Below, piece by piece: positions 20,984 to 30,350 of a stretch of DNA of 36,436 bases (position 1 is its first letter; each line of letters starts with the position of its first letter). This DNA comes from Arcobacter sp. (GTDB lineage: Bacteria; Campylobacterota; Campylobacteria; Campylobacterales; Arcobacteraceae), in assembly GCA_965662175.1 (NCBI GenBank), contig CBFIGT010000011.1, positions 1 to 36,436 on the forward strand, given 5' to 3'. The translations under genes and the position numbers were made by a program. A model generated the notes under the pieces. The model did no database searches and was not told the DNA's origin. It saw only the letters and a list, made by a program, of their open reading frames with translations.

Positions 20984-22240
20984 TTATCCAAAAAAACCTT
21001 TTTTTTCAGTCTTCTTTACCTTATCTTTTTTTAACTCACCTAATTTAACTTTATATTGAGTTATATTTTGTTTATAAGAATCAATCATAGTATCTTTAAC
21101 TTCGATTTTATGCTCAAGTTCTCTTATTGTTGCTTGTTGTTTTTCTTTATCTTCTTTAAGTTTTTCAATTGTCTTTAATCTCATTTGAAGCTCTTCATTT
21201 TTCTTTTTTAACATATTTAATCTAGTAGTTTCTGAGTGTATATCATTATGTTCATATTCAGTTATTTGTGAAAGTAGCTTGTTTTTTGATTGATTGAATT
21301 TTTCCATTTTAATTTTATAATTATTTATCACATTGTCTTCTAAACTAATTTGTCTTTCAAGTTTATGAATTTGTTCAGCTAGCATACTAATTTGTTTTTT
21401 ATAAGCGATTGTATTTTTTATTAGTTTACTATTTAATTCTCTTTTCTCTTCTTGCTCTTCTGTTATTACAAATCTTATTGCTATGTATTCGATTATTTCA
21501 TTATTCTCAGAATCAAAAATAGGAAAAATTGTAGATTTTGCATACCAAGTATTTCCTAGTTTATCTATATTTCTAACTTTTCCTTCCCAGGTTTTTCCAC
21601 TTTTTATAATTGACCAAAGTTTTTCATAAATCTCTTTAGGATTATCAGGATGTCTTACTATATTGTGATTTTGTCCAATTAGTTCATCTTTTGTATATCC
21701 TGTAACATCACAAAAAGCATCATCAACATATGTAATAATACCTTGGGGATCGGTTTTACTTATTACAGCAACATTCTCTATGATATTTGTATAGGTTTCT
21801 AGCTCTTTTTGTTTTAAGAAAAACTGTTTTTGATAGTATAATCTTTCTGCTATTTTTTTTATATTTTCATAAAGTAATGAAAAATCAATTGGTTTAACCA
21901 TAAAAGAGCTAATATTTAGTTCAATAGCTTCAAATAAAATATCTTTTTCATTTCTAGCTGTTGTAAAAATTATAGGAAATTCATTGCAGCTTTCTTTAAC
22001 TTTTTTTGCTAATTCTATACCACTCATTTTTGGCATATTTATATCTGTAATTATTAAATTATAGGGAGTTTTATTTGTAATAGCCTCTTGGTATTTAATA
22101 TATCCATTTACGCCATTATCACAACTATCAACTTTATTTGAGATTTTTTTCAATATTTTACTTAGTTTTTCTCTAGTATCTTGTTCATCTTCAATATAAA
22201 GTATTTTTAATTCTTTAATAAACTCATTTAAATCTTTCAT
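20984..22240 (-). CDS. Response regulator: REC + PAS + long coiled coil, no recognisable output domain
   Basis: YIEDE, TDINMPKMSG, VKP receiver motifs; Aer/NifL-like PAS (GYTKDELIGQNHNIVRHP..LW..W.G..RN); ATG 22240 has an AAGG RBS. Confidence 0.88.
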   Translation of the reverse strand: MKDLNEFIKELKILYIEDEQDTREKLSKILKKISNKVDSCDNGVNGYIKYQEAITNKTPYNLIITDINMPKMSGIELAKKVKESCNEFPIIFTTARNEKDILFEAIELNISSFMVKPIDFSLLYENIKKIAERLYYQKQFFLKQKELETYTNIIENVAVISKTDPQGIITYVDDAFCDVTGYTKDELIGQNHNIVRHPDNPKEIYEKLWSIIKSGKTWEGKVRNIDKLGNTWYAKSTIFPIFDSENNEIIEYIAIRFVITEEQEEKRELNSKLIKNTIAYKKQISMLAEQIHKLERQISLEDNVINNYKIKMEKFNQSKNKLLSQITEYEHNDIHSETTRLNMLKKKNEELQMRLKTIEKLKEDKEKQQATIRELEHKIEVKDTMIDSYKQNITQYKVKLGELKKDKVKKTEKKGFFG

Positions 22241-22272
22241 TGTAAACACCTTTGGTTTATTGTAACAAAAGT

Positions 22273-23466
22273 TTATTTTAATCTAGTTTTTAATCTGGTT
22301 ATATCATCTTTATAAGATTCTACTAACTGATCCTTTAAACTTATTTTTTCTTCTAGTTCTCTTTTCTCCGCCAAAATTTTTGCATTTTCTTCTTTTAAAA
22401 TCTTATTGAGTCTTATTACTTTTTGAATCTCATCATTTTTTTGTTTTAAAATATTTAATTTTTGCTCATCATTTAACTCTTTTAATTGAATCTCTGATGG
22501 TTGATTTAATTTTTCCAATTGCATTTTTTTAATTTTATTATCAAGTGTAATAACTAAATTTCTAAGTGCTTTTACATCATTTAAATACTTATCTCTTACT
22601 TTTTCAGTTTCTGATAAACTTTTTTTATGATTTACAATATTTTTTAGAAGTTTTTCATTTAAAAGTCTTTTTTGTTGTTCATCTTCTGTTGTTAAAAAAG
22701 AGATTGACATATACTCAATTATATTTTCATTTTCATCTATTACAGGTACAACAGTTGCTTTTCTAAAAAAAATTTCTTGATTTTTATCTACATTTTTAAA
22801 AGTACCTGTCCATATTTGTCCACTTGAAATTTTTGCCCAGAATTTTTCATAAAATAGAGTATCTTTTTTTTCTTTTTGTTTAAAAATACTATGATTTTTT
22901 CCAATTAACTCTTCTCTTAAATAACCTGTAGCTTCACAAAAGTTATCATTTACATAGGTGATATTTCCATTTAAATCACCTCTTGTTACTAAAGCTACAC
23001 TCTCAATTACACTATAATATTTCTCAAGTTCATTGCTTTTTGAATTATATAAATATTGATAATATAGCTTTTCACATGATTTTTTAATATTTATAATTAA
23101 TTTGTCAATATCAACAGGTTTTGGTACAAAATTTAAAACTCCAAGGTCAATTGCATTTAAAAGTATTTCAGAACTATTTTTTGCTGTTATAAAAATAACA
23201 GGTACATTTGTATCTAGTTCTCTAATTTTATGAACCATTTCAATCCCACTCATACGTGGCATATCAATATCTGAAATGATTAAGTCAAATTCATTATTTT
23301 TAAATTTTTTTTCTTGAAACTTTAAAAAACCATCTAAGCCATTAGCTTCAACTTCAATATTTGTAAATATTTTACTTAATATTTTAGTGAACTGTTTTCT
23401 TGTAAGTTCATCATCTTCTACAAATAAAATCTTTAAGTTTTTTGTAAAATTATCAATCTCTTTCAC
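22273..23466 (-). CDS. Response regulator: REC + PAS + long coiled coil (paralog of 20984-22240)
   Basis: FVEDD, SDIDMPRMSG, PKP; PAS ITYVNDNFCEATGY..ELIGKNH..FW..W.G..N; GTG start with AAGGA RBS. Confidence 0.88.
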   Translation of the reverse strand: MKEIDNFTKNLKILFVEDDELTRKQFTKILSKIFTNIEVEANGLDGFLKFQEKKFKNNEFDLIISDIDMPRMSGIEMVHKIRELDTNVPVIFITAKNSSEILLNAIDLGVLNFVPKPVDIDKLIINIKKSCEKLYYQYLYNSKSNELEKYYSVIESVALVTRGDLNGNITYVNDNFCEATGYLREELIGKNHSIFKQKEKKDTLFYEKFWAKISSGQIWTGTFKNVDKNQEIFFRKATVVPVIDENENIIEYMSISFLTTEDEQQKRLLNEKLLKNIVNHKKSLSETEKVRDKYLNDVKALRNLVITLDNKIKKMQLEKLNQPSEIQLKELNDEQKLNILKQKNDEIQKVIRLNKILKEENAKILAEKRELEEKISLKDQLVESYKDDITRLKTRLK

Positions 23467-23471
23467 TTGGG

Positions 23472-25760
23472 CTATTCCTTTATCGTGTAACTATTATTTA
23501 GTATTTGACTTTTGTTTATGACACTAATTTTATCTTTATTATAATTAGTAGAACTTTTTTCATCTAAGATAATTAAATTAGGTCCTAATTTTTCGATTAA
23601 TTTATCAATATACTGTTTTTCTAATTTTGCCAAATTAATGACTACTTTACTTTTTTTATCATTTAAATTTATATTTAAAAGCTCATTTTTATTTGTGATT
23701 TGAATAAGTTCAAAATCTTTTTGTAGTTTTAATATCAAATCAAAAAAATAGATCGGGTCATCATTAAATATAACTAGTTTTTTATCTTTTTTCTCTTTTG
23801 CATTTCTTAGGTCTAAATTATCTAAATGTAAAACATAATCATTGTTTTTTGGTAGGGTAACTTTTATTTTTGTTCCAATATTTATAATACTTTGAACAGA
23901 AATATCTCCTTTTAAGAGTTTTATTAACTCTTTTGAAATAGATAACCCTAAACCTGTTCCACCATATTTTTTTGTTGTAGTGTCATCTGCTTGTTTAAAT
24001 CTATCAAAAATAAACTCAAGCTTATCTTTTTCTATACCTATTCCTTGATCTTCAACTAAAAAAATCACTTCTTCATTTTTATCTTTTACTAATAGTTTAA
24101 CACTTCCCTTATGGGTAAATTTTAGTGCATTACTAATTAGATTTTTTAGAATCTGTTTTATTCTAATTTCATCTGAGTAGATAAAATTTAGAGTTTCATC
24201 AATACTATAAGTAAGTTTTATCTCTTTTTGTTGAAATTGAGGCTTAAACATCTCTATAATCTCTTTTATAAGATGGTTTATATTTACTTTATCAATATTA
24301 ATATTCATATTTCCTGATTCTAGTTTTGATATATCAAGTACATCATTTATCATATGAAGTAAAAAATCTCCACTTTTATTTATTATTGTTAGGTTTTTAA
24401 TTTGTTGTTCATTTAGATTATTTAATCTATTTTTTTTCATTACAGCACTAATAATATTGATTGAATTAAGGGGTGTTTTTAGTTCGTGACTCATATTTGC
24501 TAAAAATTTATCTTTTATTTTATTTGCTTCAATTGCTATGTTTTTTTGCTCTTCTAACTCATTTGTTGTTACATTAATTAAGTGTGATAATGCTTTCATT
24601 GTAGTGTTTGTGATTTTATTTTTTTTAAATTTTATATTTTCATTGTTTTTGTTTATTTGTGCTGATTCACTAAGGGCTAATATTGTCATAGTTTGGTTAA
24701 GAAATTCACTACATTTATTTGTATAAAACTCTCCATAACTAAAAAAACCACTTGTTGGCGCAATACTATTATAAGGCATTGTTTCTTGTTCTATATTTTT
24801 TGATAAGAATCTACGTCTTGCCATACATGAGTATAAAAATACTCCCTCAATATGTAGATTTTCAAATTTTTTTGTATTTATCTCACAGTTGTTTAAAATA
24901 GTTTCAGCATCACCATATGCAAATTTTACAACATCACCCTCTTGGAAGTTTCCTCCAAAAGTCAATGAACCATCATTATTATTTCTTAAAACAGCTCTAG
25001 CAATATTTAAACCATTTCTTTGAATTACAAGGGGAAACTCAACTCCAACTCCAGGTAAGCCATTTGCAACTTCTTCACCTAAATAATATTTATAGGTTTC
25101 ATAAGCACTTTTATTGCAAATTGAATAGACTTTTGAACCCTCACACTTTGTGATAATTAAATCTTTTCCAATAGCTAGCCAATTAAAGTCATATTCAGTA
25201 TATACTTTTAAATCATAAGATGATATTCCAGCTCCTAAAACTCCTCTTGTATAGATTTTTTCATCAGTAAAAATAAAAGTCTCTTTAAACTCTCCATTAT
25301 CACCTGCTAATCCACCAGCAACTCTTACCTCACTATTGATATTTGATATTCCACTTAAAAAATTATCACCATTTGAGTGTAATCCATCTATAAAGCTAAT
25401 AATTAATTTTAATTTATCATTGTCTAAATCTTTAATTAATTTTTCTCCAGCTTCTTTATAGTTTTCAAAATCTTCTGTAATATAAGTTTTTATTTCACTT
25501 TTTTCAAATATTGTAAAACTTAGTATAGTTTTACCTGTACTTACAAGACCATTAGAGATTTCCCCATCAGTTGTAGTTCCTATAATATTGATGTTTGTTA
25601 GAATAGTTTTTAATTCATTTGTTAAGTTTTTAATATAAGCTTTATCACAAAATGAAGTGAAAATTTGGCACAGCACTTTTTTAGTATTTGGTATCTTTTT
25701 CTCTTTTATGAACTTGTTCAATAAAATATTATTTATGTACTCTGTACTATAGCTAATCAT
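23472..25760 (-). CDS. FIST-domain sensor histidine kinase with degenerate C-terminal receiver
   Basis: FIST motifs IIGTTTDGEI, VAGGLAGD, YSCMARR, GFFSYGEF, NQTMT; H-box FLANMSHELKTPLN; NLISNALKFT, DQGIG, GGTGLGL; no TM segment. Confidence 0.93.
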   Translation of the reverse strand: MISYSTEYINNILLNKFIKEKKIPNTKKVLCQIFTSFCDKAYIKNLTNELKTILTNINIIGTTTDGEISNGLVSTGKTILSFTIFEKSEIKTYITEDFENYKEAGEKLIKDLDNDKLKLIISFIDGLHSNGDNFLSGISNINSEVRVAGGLAGDNGEFKETFIFTDEKIYTRGVLGAGISSYDLKVYTEYDFNWLAIGKDLIITKCEGSKVYSICNKSAYETYKYYLGEEVANGLPGVGVEFPLVIQRNGLNIARAVLRNNNDGSLTFGGNFQEGDVVKFAYGDAETILNNCEINTKKFENLHIEGVFLYSCMARRRFLSKNIEQETMPYNSIAPTSGFFSYGEFYTNKCSEFLNQTMTILALSESAQINKNNENIKFKKNKITNTTMKALSHLINVTTNELEEQKNIAIEANKIKDKFLANMSHELKTPLNSINIISAVMKKNRLNNLNEQQIKNLTIINKSGDFLLHMINDVLDISKLESGNMNINIDKVNINHLIKEIIEMFKPQFQQKEIKLTYSIDETLNFIYSDEIRIKQILKNLISNALKFTHKGSVKLLVKDKNEEVIFLVEDQGIGIEKDKLEFIFDRFKQADDTTTKKYGGTGLGLSISKELIKLLKGDISVQSIINIGTKIKVTLPKNNDYVLHLDNLDLRNAKEKKDKKLVIFNDDPIYFFDLILKLQKDFELIQITNKNELLNINLNDKKSKVVINLAKLEKQYIDKLIEKLGPNLIILDEKSSTNYNKDKISVINKSQILNNSYTIKE

Positions 25761-25792
25761 TTTAATATAGGCCTTTTAAAAATTATTAATTT

Positions 25793-25801
25793 ATTATAAC
25801 A
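25793..25801 (-). promoter_or_regulatory. Extended -10 promoter (TGtTATAAT) for the FIST kinase operon
   Basis: Minus strand reads TGTTATAAT about 32 nt upstream of ATG 25760. Confidence 0.65.
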
Positions 25802-25953
25802 TTAAAATGTATCATAAAAGTCATATTTTTCATAAAACTTACAACTTTTTGCAATAAAAGAAAATTTTCTAGAATAATTAACATAAAAATTATTAGCTTA
25901 AGTAGAGTTGATGAATTATTTTGGTAAATTTCCTTTTTATTTAGGAATCCCAT

Positions 25954-26232
25954 ATGAACTTTAGAAAACAGATAATTTATATAGCTAGAAAATCAAAAGA
26001 ACTTTATTTGGAAGTTGAACTTTTTAATTTACAAAAATTATCTTTAAAACAGAAGCCTTGCTTATATTTTGAAGTGTATAAATCAGATGATTGTAAAGAG
26101 GAGTTTTTGGTTTATGAAGAGTGGGAAAGTGAAGAGTCTTATAAAGAGAGTCTTACAAAGAAGCCATTTTTAGATTTTATGAAAAAATATGATGAGTTAG
26201 TTTTGAAAAAAGAGAGTTTACCAATCATATAA
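25954..26232 (+). CDS. ABM-family (antibiotic biosynthesis monooxygenase-like) small protein
   Basis: PCLYFEVY..EFLVYEEWESEE pattern; AGGA RBS; 15-nt convergent overlap with the next gene. Confidence 0.7.
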   Translation: MNFRKQIIYIARKSKELYLEVELFNLQKLSLKQKPCLYFEVYKSDDCKEEFLVYEEWESEESYKESLTKKPFLDFMKKYDELVLKKESLPII

Positions 26233-26724
26233 AAATTTTGTTTTTCCTATGATGATATCGTGATTATCTACAAATCTATTACATCTAAGACCATTTAATT
26301 TTTTACAAATATTTTCCCATCTAATAGTATGTCCACCATTCTCTTTTGTTAAATCATTAAAAACAAACATAAGTGCGTGGGCATATTCATGTGGTAAAAC
26401 ATCATTAATCATATAATCACTACTCTCTTTAAATCTTTTTTTATTTAGATATATTACTATTTTTTTTGATTGATTAATTGTTGCCATTCCATATATATTT
26501 GAGGGCATTTTATTTGAAATGACTACAGGAATAGTTGAGTTTACACCAAATTTTGTTGAAGCTAAAAGCTTTAAATCATATCTTTTTTTATCTATTTGGC
26601 TTTTTATTTTAGGGTTTAGAGGTGAATTATCAAAACTATAATCTTTATACCATAAATAAGCAAGTGCAGCTAAAGCTAAAATAGTTATTAATATAAAAAA
26701 GAGTTTTAATTTACCTAAAAACAT
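26218..26724 (-). CDS. Membrane-anchored SprT-like zinc metallopeptidase
   Basis: N-terminal TM; VLPHEYAHA (HExxH) followed by GHT..W..C. Confidence 0.85.
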   Translation of the reverse strand: MFLGKLKLFFILITILALAALAYLWYKDYSFDNSPLNPKIKSQIDKKRYDLKLLASTKFGVNSTIPVVISNKMPSNIYGMATINQSKKIVIYLNKKRFKESSDYMINDVLPHEYAHALMFVFNDLTKENGGHTIRWENICKKLNGLRCNRFVDNHDIIIGKTKFLYDW

Positions 26725-26734
26725 CTAAAATCTT

Positions 26735-27214
26735 TTATTCGTAAGCTTTTAAAAGTACATCTTTATAATGATTTAAATCTTTCATTAATGCATCACCGTC
26801 GTTGTTTATATCGGGATGATATTTTCTTGCTAACTCTTTATATCTTTTTTTTATCTCATCTTTACTAGGTTCATGGCTAAAACCAAAAAACTCTTTTGCT
26901 TTTTGAACTTCATTTATTGGAGGTTTTCTATTAAAGCCTCCATTTTGGAAGTTTTGAAAATCTTCATAATTAAATTTAAAACCTTGATTAGCACCTTGTT
27001 TGAAATTTTTGCCATCAAAGTGAAACTCAAAACCTTGGGTACTTGCTTGTTCTTTAATTTTTTTAAATTTTTTATAAATAAAGAAATATCCTAAGATAAT
27101 TAAAACAGATATAATTATTAAAAAAATACCAAAGTTTGTAAATATAAGATATAAAATAAAAAATAGAATAGAAAATCTAAGAAGTCTTGAAAAAAAATAG
27201 TCTATATTACTCAT
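26735..27214 (-). CDS. Membrane-anchored J-domain protein (TM - G/F-rich - J domain)
   Basis: Hydrophobic N-terminus; C-terminal EIKKRYKELARKYHPD..MKDLN. Confidence 0.88.
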   Translation of the reverse strand: MSNIDYFFSRLLRFSILFFILYLIFTNFGIFLIIISVLIILGYFFIYKKFKKIKEQASTQGFEFHFDGKNFKQGANQGFKFNYEDFQNFQNGGFNRKPPINEVQKAKEFFGFSHEPSKDEIKKRYKELARKYHPDINNDGDALMKDLNHYKDVLLKAYE

Positions 27215-27248
27215 AAAAAATATAATCCTTAAAAAATATTTGAAGTGA

Positions 27249-27256
27249 AGTATATC
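27249..27256 (-). promoter_or_regulatory. -10 box (gaTATACT) for the J-domain/SprT pair
   Basis: Minus-strand GATATACT about 35 nt upstream of ATG 27214. Confidence 0.45.
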
Positions 27257-27281
27257 TATTTTTATTTTTTATATGACTTAT

Positions 27282-29063
27282 TTATTTAATAAGAGGTAGC
27301 TCAATATAAAACTTAGCTCCATTTTTACTATTTTCAACATAAATTTTACCATTTAAATTTTTTGTAATGATTTCATAAGACATATATAATCCAATACCAG
27401 TACCCAAAGATTGATGTTTTGTTGTAAAATATGGTTCAAATATTTTATCAATAATTGACTCATCAATTCCACCGCCATTATCTTCAATAGTGACTAATCC
27501 TGTTTTTGAATCTTTTTCCATCAAATTAATCTTTATCCATTTATTTTTTGTATCATTTTTTTCTATTAAAACATCTTTAGAATTATTTAAAATATTTAAT
27601 AAAACTTGCGATAAATCACCTATTACACCATTTATAAAAAGATATTCTGTTTCAAAATTTGTTTCAATACTTATATCATGGTAGTTTAAAGTAGGCTCTA
27701 AAATACTAATAGTTTTTCTAATTCTCTCTTTTACATTAAAAGTTTTTTTAGCTTTGTCCTCTTGAATATAAGCCCTAAAATTTTCTATGGTATCTGATAA
27801 ATAAACACTACTCTCTTCAATAGAGTTTGCAAACATTTCAAAGTTTTTATCATCTAGGGTACCTACTTCTTTTTGAAGTCTCATTCCACTAATAGAGGTT
27901 GATATAACACTTAAAGGTTGTCTCCATTGGTGGGCTATACTATTTAGAACTTCAGCAATTGATATCATTTTTGATTGTTTGAGTATTTGAAGATTTTTTG
28001 TGTTGGTTTTTTCAATCTCTAATTTTATTTTTTTATCTAACTCTTTATTTTTATTTTGTAATTTTATATTTGATACTTTTTGTTGATAAAAAATATATAA
28101 AATCAAAAATAGTACAAAAATTAATAAAAATCCAATTTTAAAGCTAGCACTTCTAATATTAGTAATAAATTTATCTTTTTCAGTGATATATAATATAGCT
28201 ACAATCTCATTTGAAACAGGATTTTTTAGAGGAATAAATGTTCTTATACTATTTTTATCTTGATTATAAATACTAAAACTACCATTTTCTTTTAGTTTAT
28301 TTAACAAATTAAAGACTTTTGATTCATCTTTTGGCGTAAATTTTTCTAAAACATTTTTTTCATAATAAAACTCATCATAAGGACTATTTATATAGTTTAC
28401 TTTCTCTTTTTTAAACACTTTTTTATCCACAATATCTTTTCTTATCAAAAAATTTGAATCAAGATAATAGGTATTAAATATCTCTTGGATTAAAGCTAAT
28501 ATATCAAAAGAGACTTCAACACTAGCTAAAAAGTTTTTGTTTTCATTAAATAAGGGATAGACAAATCTAAAACCATTATAAATTCTTCCCTCTTCAAAAC
28601 CATGAATTGGCTGTTTTGTTATATTTACATAGTTTAAAGTTGGTCGAATATTAGTTAAATCATCTCCATAGATATTTGGTCTATGCATTCTTAAAAAACT
28701 AATACTATTTGGTAAATGGAAATGTAACTGTTTTACATTAAAACCCTTTAGTTTTTGATATTTATTTATCAACAACTTAAATAGTTTTTTTCTAATAATA
28801 TCTTGTTCTAGGGGATTTTTTGTTTGGACATTTTTAAAAAGAGATATTATCTCTTCATTATTTATTTCTGTATTAAAAATTATATTTGATATGTCTTTAT
28901 ATTTATTATATATAGACTCATAGTTTAGCATATTTTGTTTTGTGATTTTATTTAGATAATCACTTTTTTCATATGAAAATTTAGTGTATAGTATTGCTAT
29001 TATAAATATTATTAAAATTATAAAAACTGATTAAATTTTCATAAACAATTTTTTATACATCAT
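27282..29063 (-). pseudogene. Cache-domain sensor histidine kinase interrupted by an in-frame TAA near its start
   Basis: AAAGG RBS, then ATG 29063/29060: MMYKKLFMKI*SVFIILIIFIIAILY.. in frame with the 549-aa ORF (FLRMH..GDDL Cache motif, TM2, IAHQWRQPL H-box, DNGGG, FEPYFTTK, GTGIGL); stop at 29031-29033. Confidence 0.8.
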
Positions 29064-29204
29064 AAAACCTTTCTTGATTTAAAATTATACTATAATTTAT
29101 GGGGAAAATATATTTACTTAATATTTTATTAAAATTTATGATTGTAATATTATTTCTTTTAGAATTAAAAATTTTTTGGTATTATTATCAAATTAGGATA
29201 ATAA

Positions 29205-29471
29205 ATGGATTATGAAGAGTTTGAAAAAGCAGTTGATTGTTTAGGTATTTTAACAAAGTTAGATCAAAAAACTTTAAAAAAAAATTATTTAAAATTATCT
29301 AAAAGATATCATCCTGATATGGAAGAGGGAAGTGATGAAAAGTTTAGAGAGATAAATGAAGCATATAAACTTTTAAAAGAGTATATGGATAATTATAAAT
29401 TCTCTTTTGAAAAAGATGAGTTTTTAGAACAATACCCATCTTTTACCAACTATAAAAACTGGAATAGATAA
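29205..29471 (+). CDS. Small stand-alone J-domain protein
   Basis: LKKNYLKLSKRYHPD..KFREINEAYKLL; AGGA RBS. Confidence 0.92.
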   Translation: MDYEEFEKAVDCLGILTKLDQKTLKKNYLKLSKRYHPDMEEGSDEKFREINEAYKLLKEYMDNYKFSFEKDEFLEQYPSFTNYKNWNR

Positions 29472-29483
29472 AGGAAATAAGAA

Positions 29484-30350
29484 ATGTTTGATAAAAGAAA
29501 GGCAAAAGAGCTTATTTTGGCATCATTAATTGCTGATTCATATTGTTTAGGTTCTCATTGGATTTATGATGAAAAGCAGTTAGCTAATCTTGATATAAAT
29601 TGGGAGGAGTTAAATCCTGCATTTTCAATTTGGCATAAGGGTAAAAAGGCAGGTGAGTTTACACATTTTGGTGACCAAATAAATATTCTTTATCAATATA
29701 TTTTGGAAAATAATGATTTTGATTTAGAAAAATATGTTCCATATTGGAAAAAAAGAATGGAAGTTTATGATGGATATATAGATGGTGCAACAAAAGCTAC
29801 CCTAGAAAATCTTAATCAAAATAGAGCTATTCCTTGTGGTTCTGATTCTACTGATTTATCTATTGTTGGAAGAATTGCACCTTTACTTTTAGTAAGTAAT
29901 AGTAAAGAAGAGTTTTTATCAAATGTGGAAAAATTTGTAAAAGTTACACATAACTCTCCTTTAGCAATAGAGACAAGTAAGTTTTTTGCAAAAGTTTTAA
30001 TGGATGTTTTAGATGATATTGAGATGATTGAGTCTATAAAAGAGAGACGTTATGAGTTCTCATCAACTATTCAAAACTATGTTAATGAGGGTTTAGCCTC
30101 TGTTGAAGAGGAGAGTTTTGAGGCAATAAGAAGATTTGGTCCTGCTTGTTCTATAGATGAGGGCTTTAGAGGTGTTATTCATCTTTTAGCTAAATATACA
30201 AACTTCAAAGAGGCATTAATCAAAAATGCCCAAGCAGGTGGGGATAACTCATCTCGTGCAATGATAGTAGCTATTTTATTTGTGGCACGTTATGGCACAA
30301 AAGTAATACCTAAAAACCTAACAAATATAAAAGTTCAAATAGATATTTAA
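29484..30350 (+). CDS. ADP-ribosylglycohydrolase / crystallin J1 family protein
   Basis: ADSYCLGSHWIYD, VKVTHN, NAQAGGDNSSRA..G...IP motifs. Confidence 0.85.
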   Translation: MFDKRKAKELILASLIADSYCLGSHWIYDEKQLANLDINWEELNPAFSIWHKGKKAGEFTHFGDQINILYQYILENNDFDLEKYVPYWKKRMEVYDGYIDGATKATLENLNQNRAIPCGSDSTDLSIVGRIAPLLLVSNSKEEFLSNVEKFVKVTHNSPLAIETSKFFAKVLMDVLDDIEMIESIKERRYEFSSTIQNYVNEGLASVEEESFEAIRRFGPACSIDEGFRGVIHLLAKYTNFKEALIKNAQAGGDNSSRAMIVAILFVARYGTKVIPKNLTNIKVQIDI

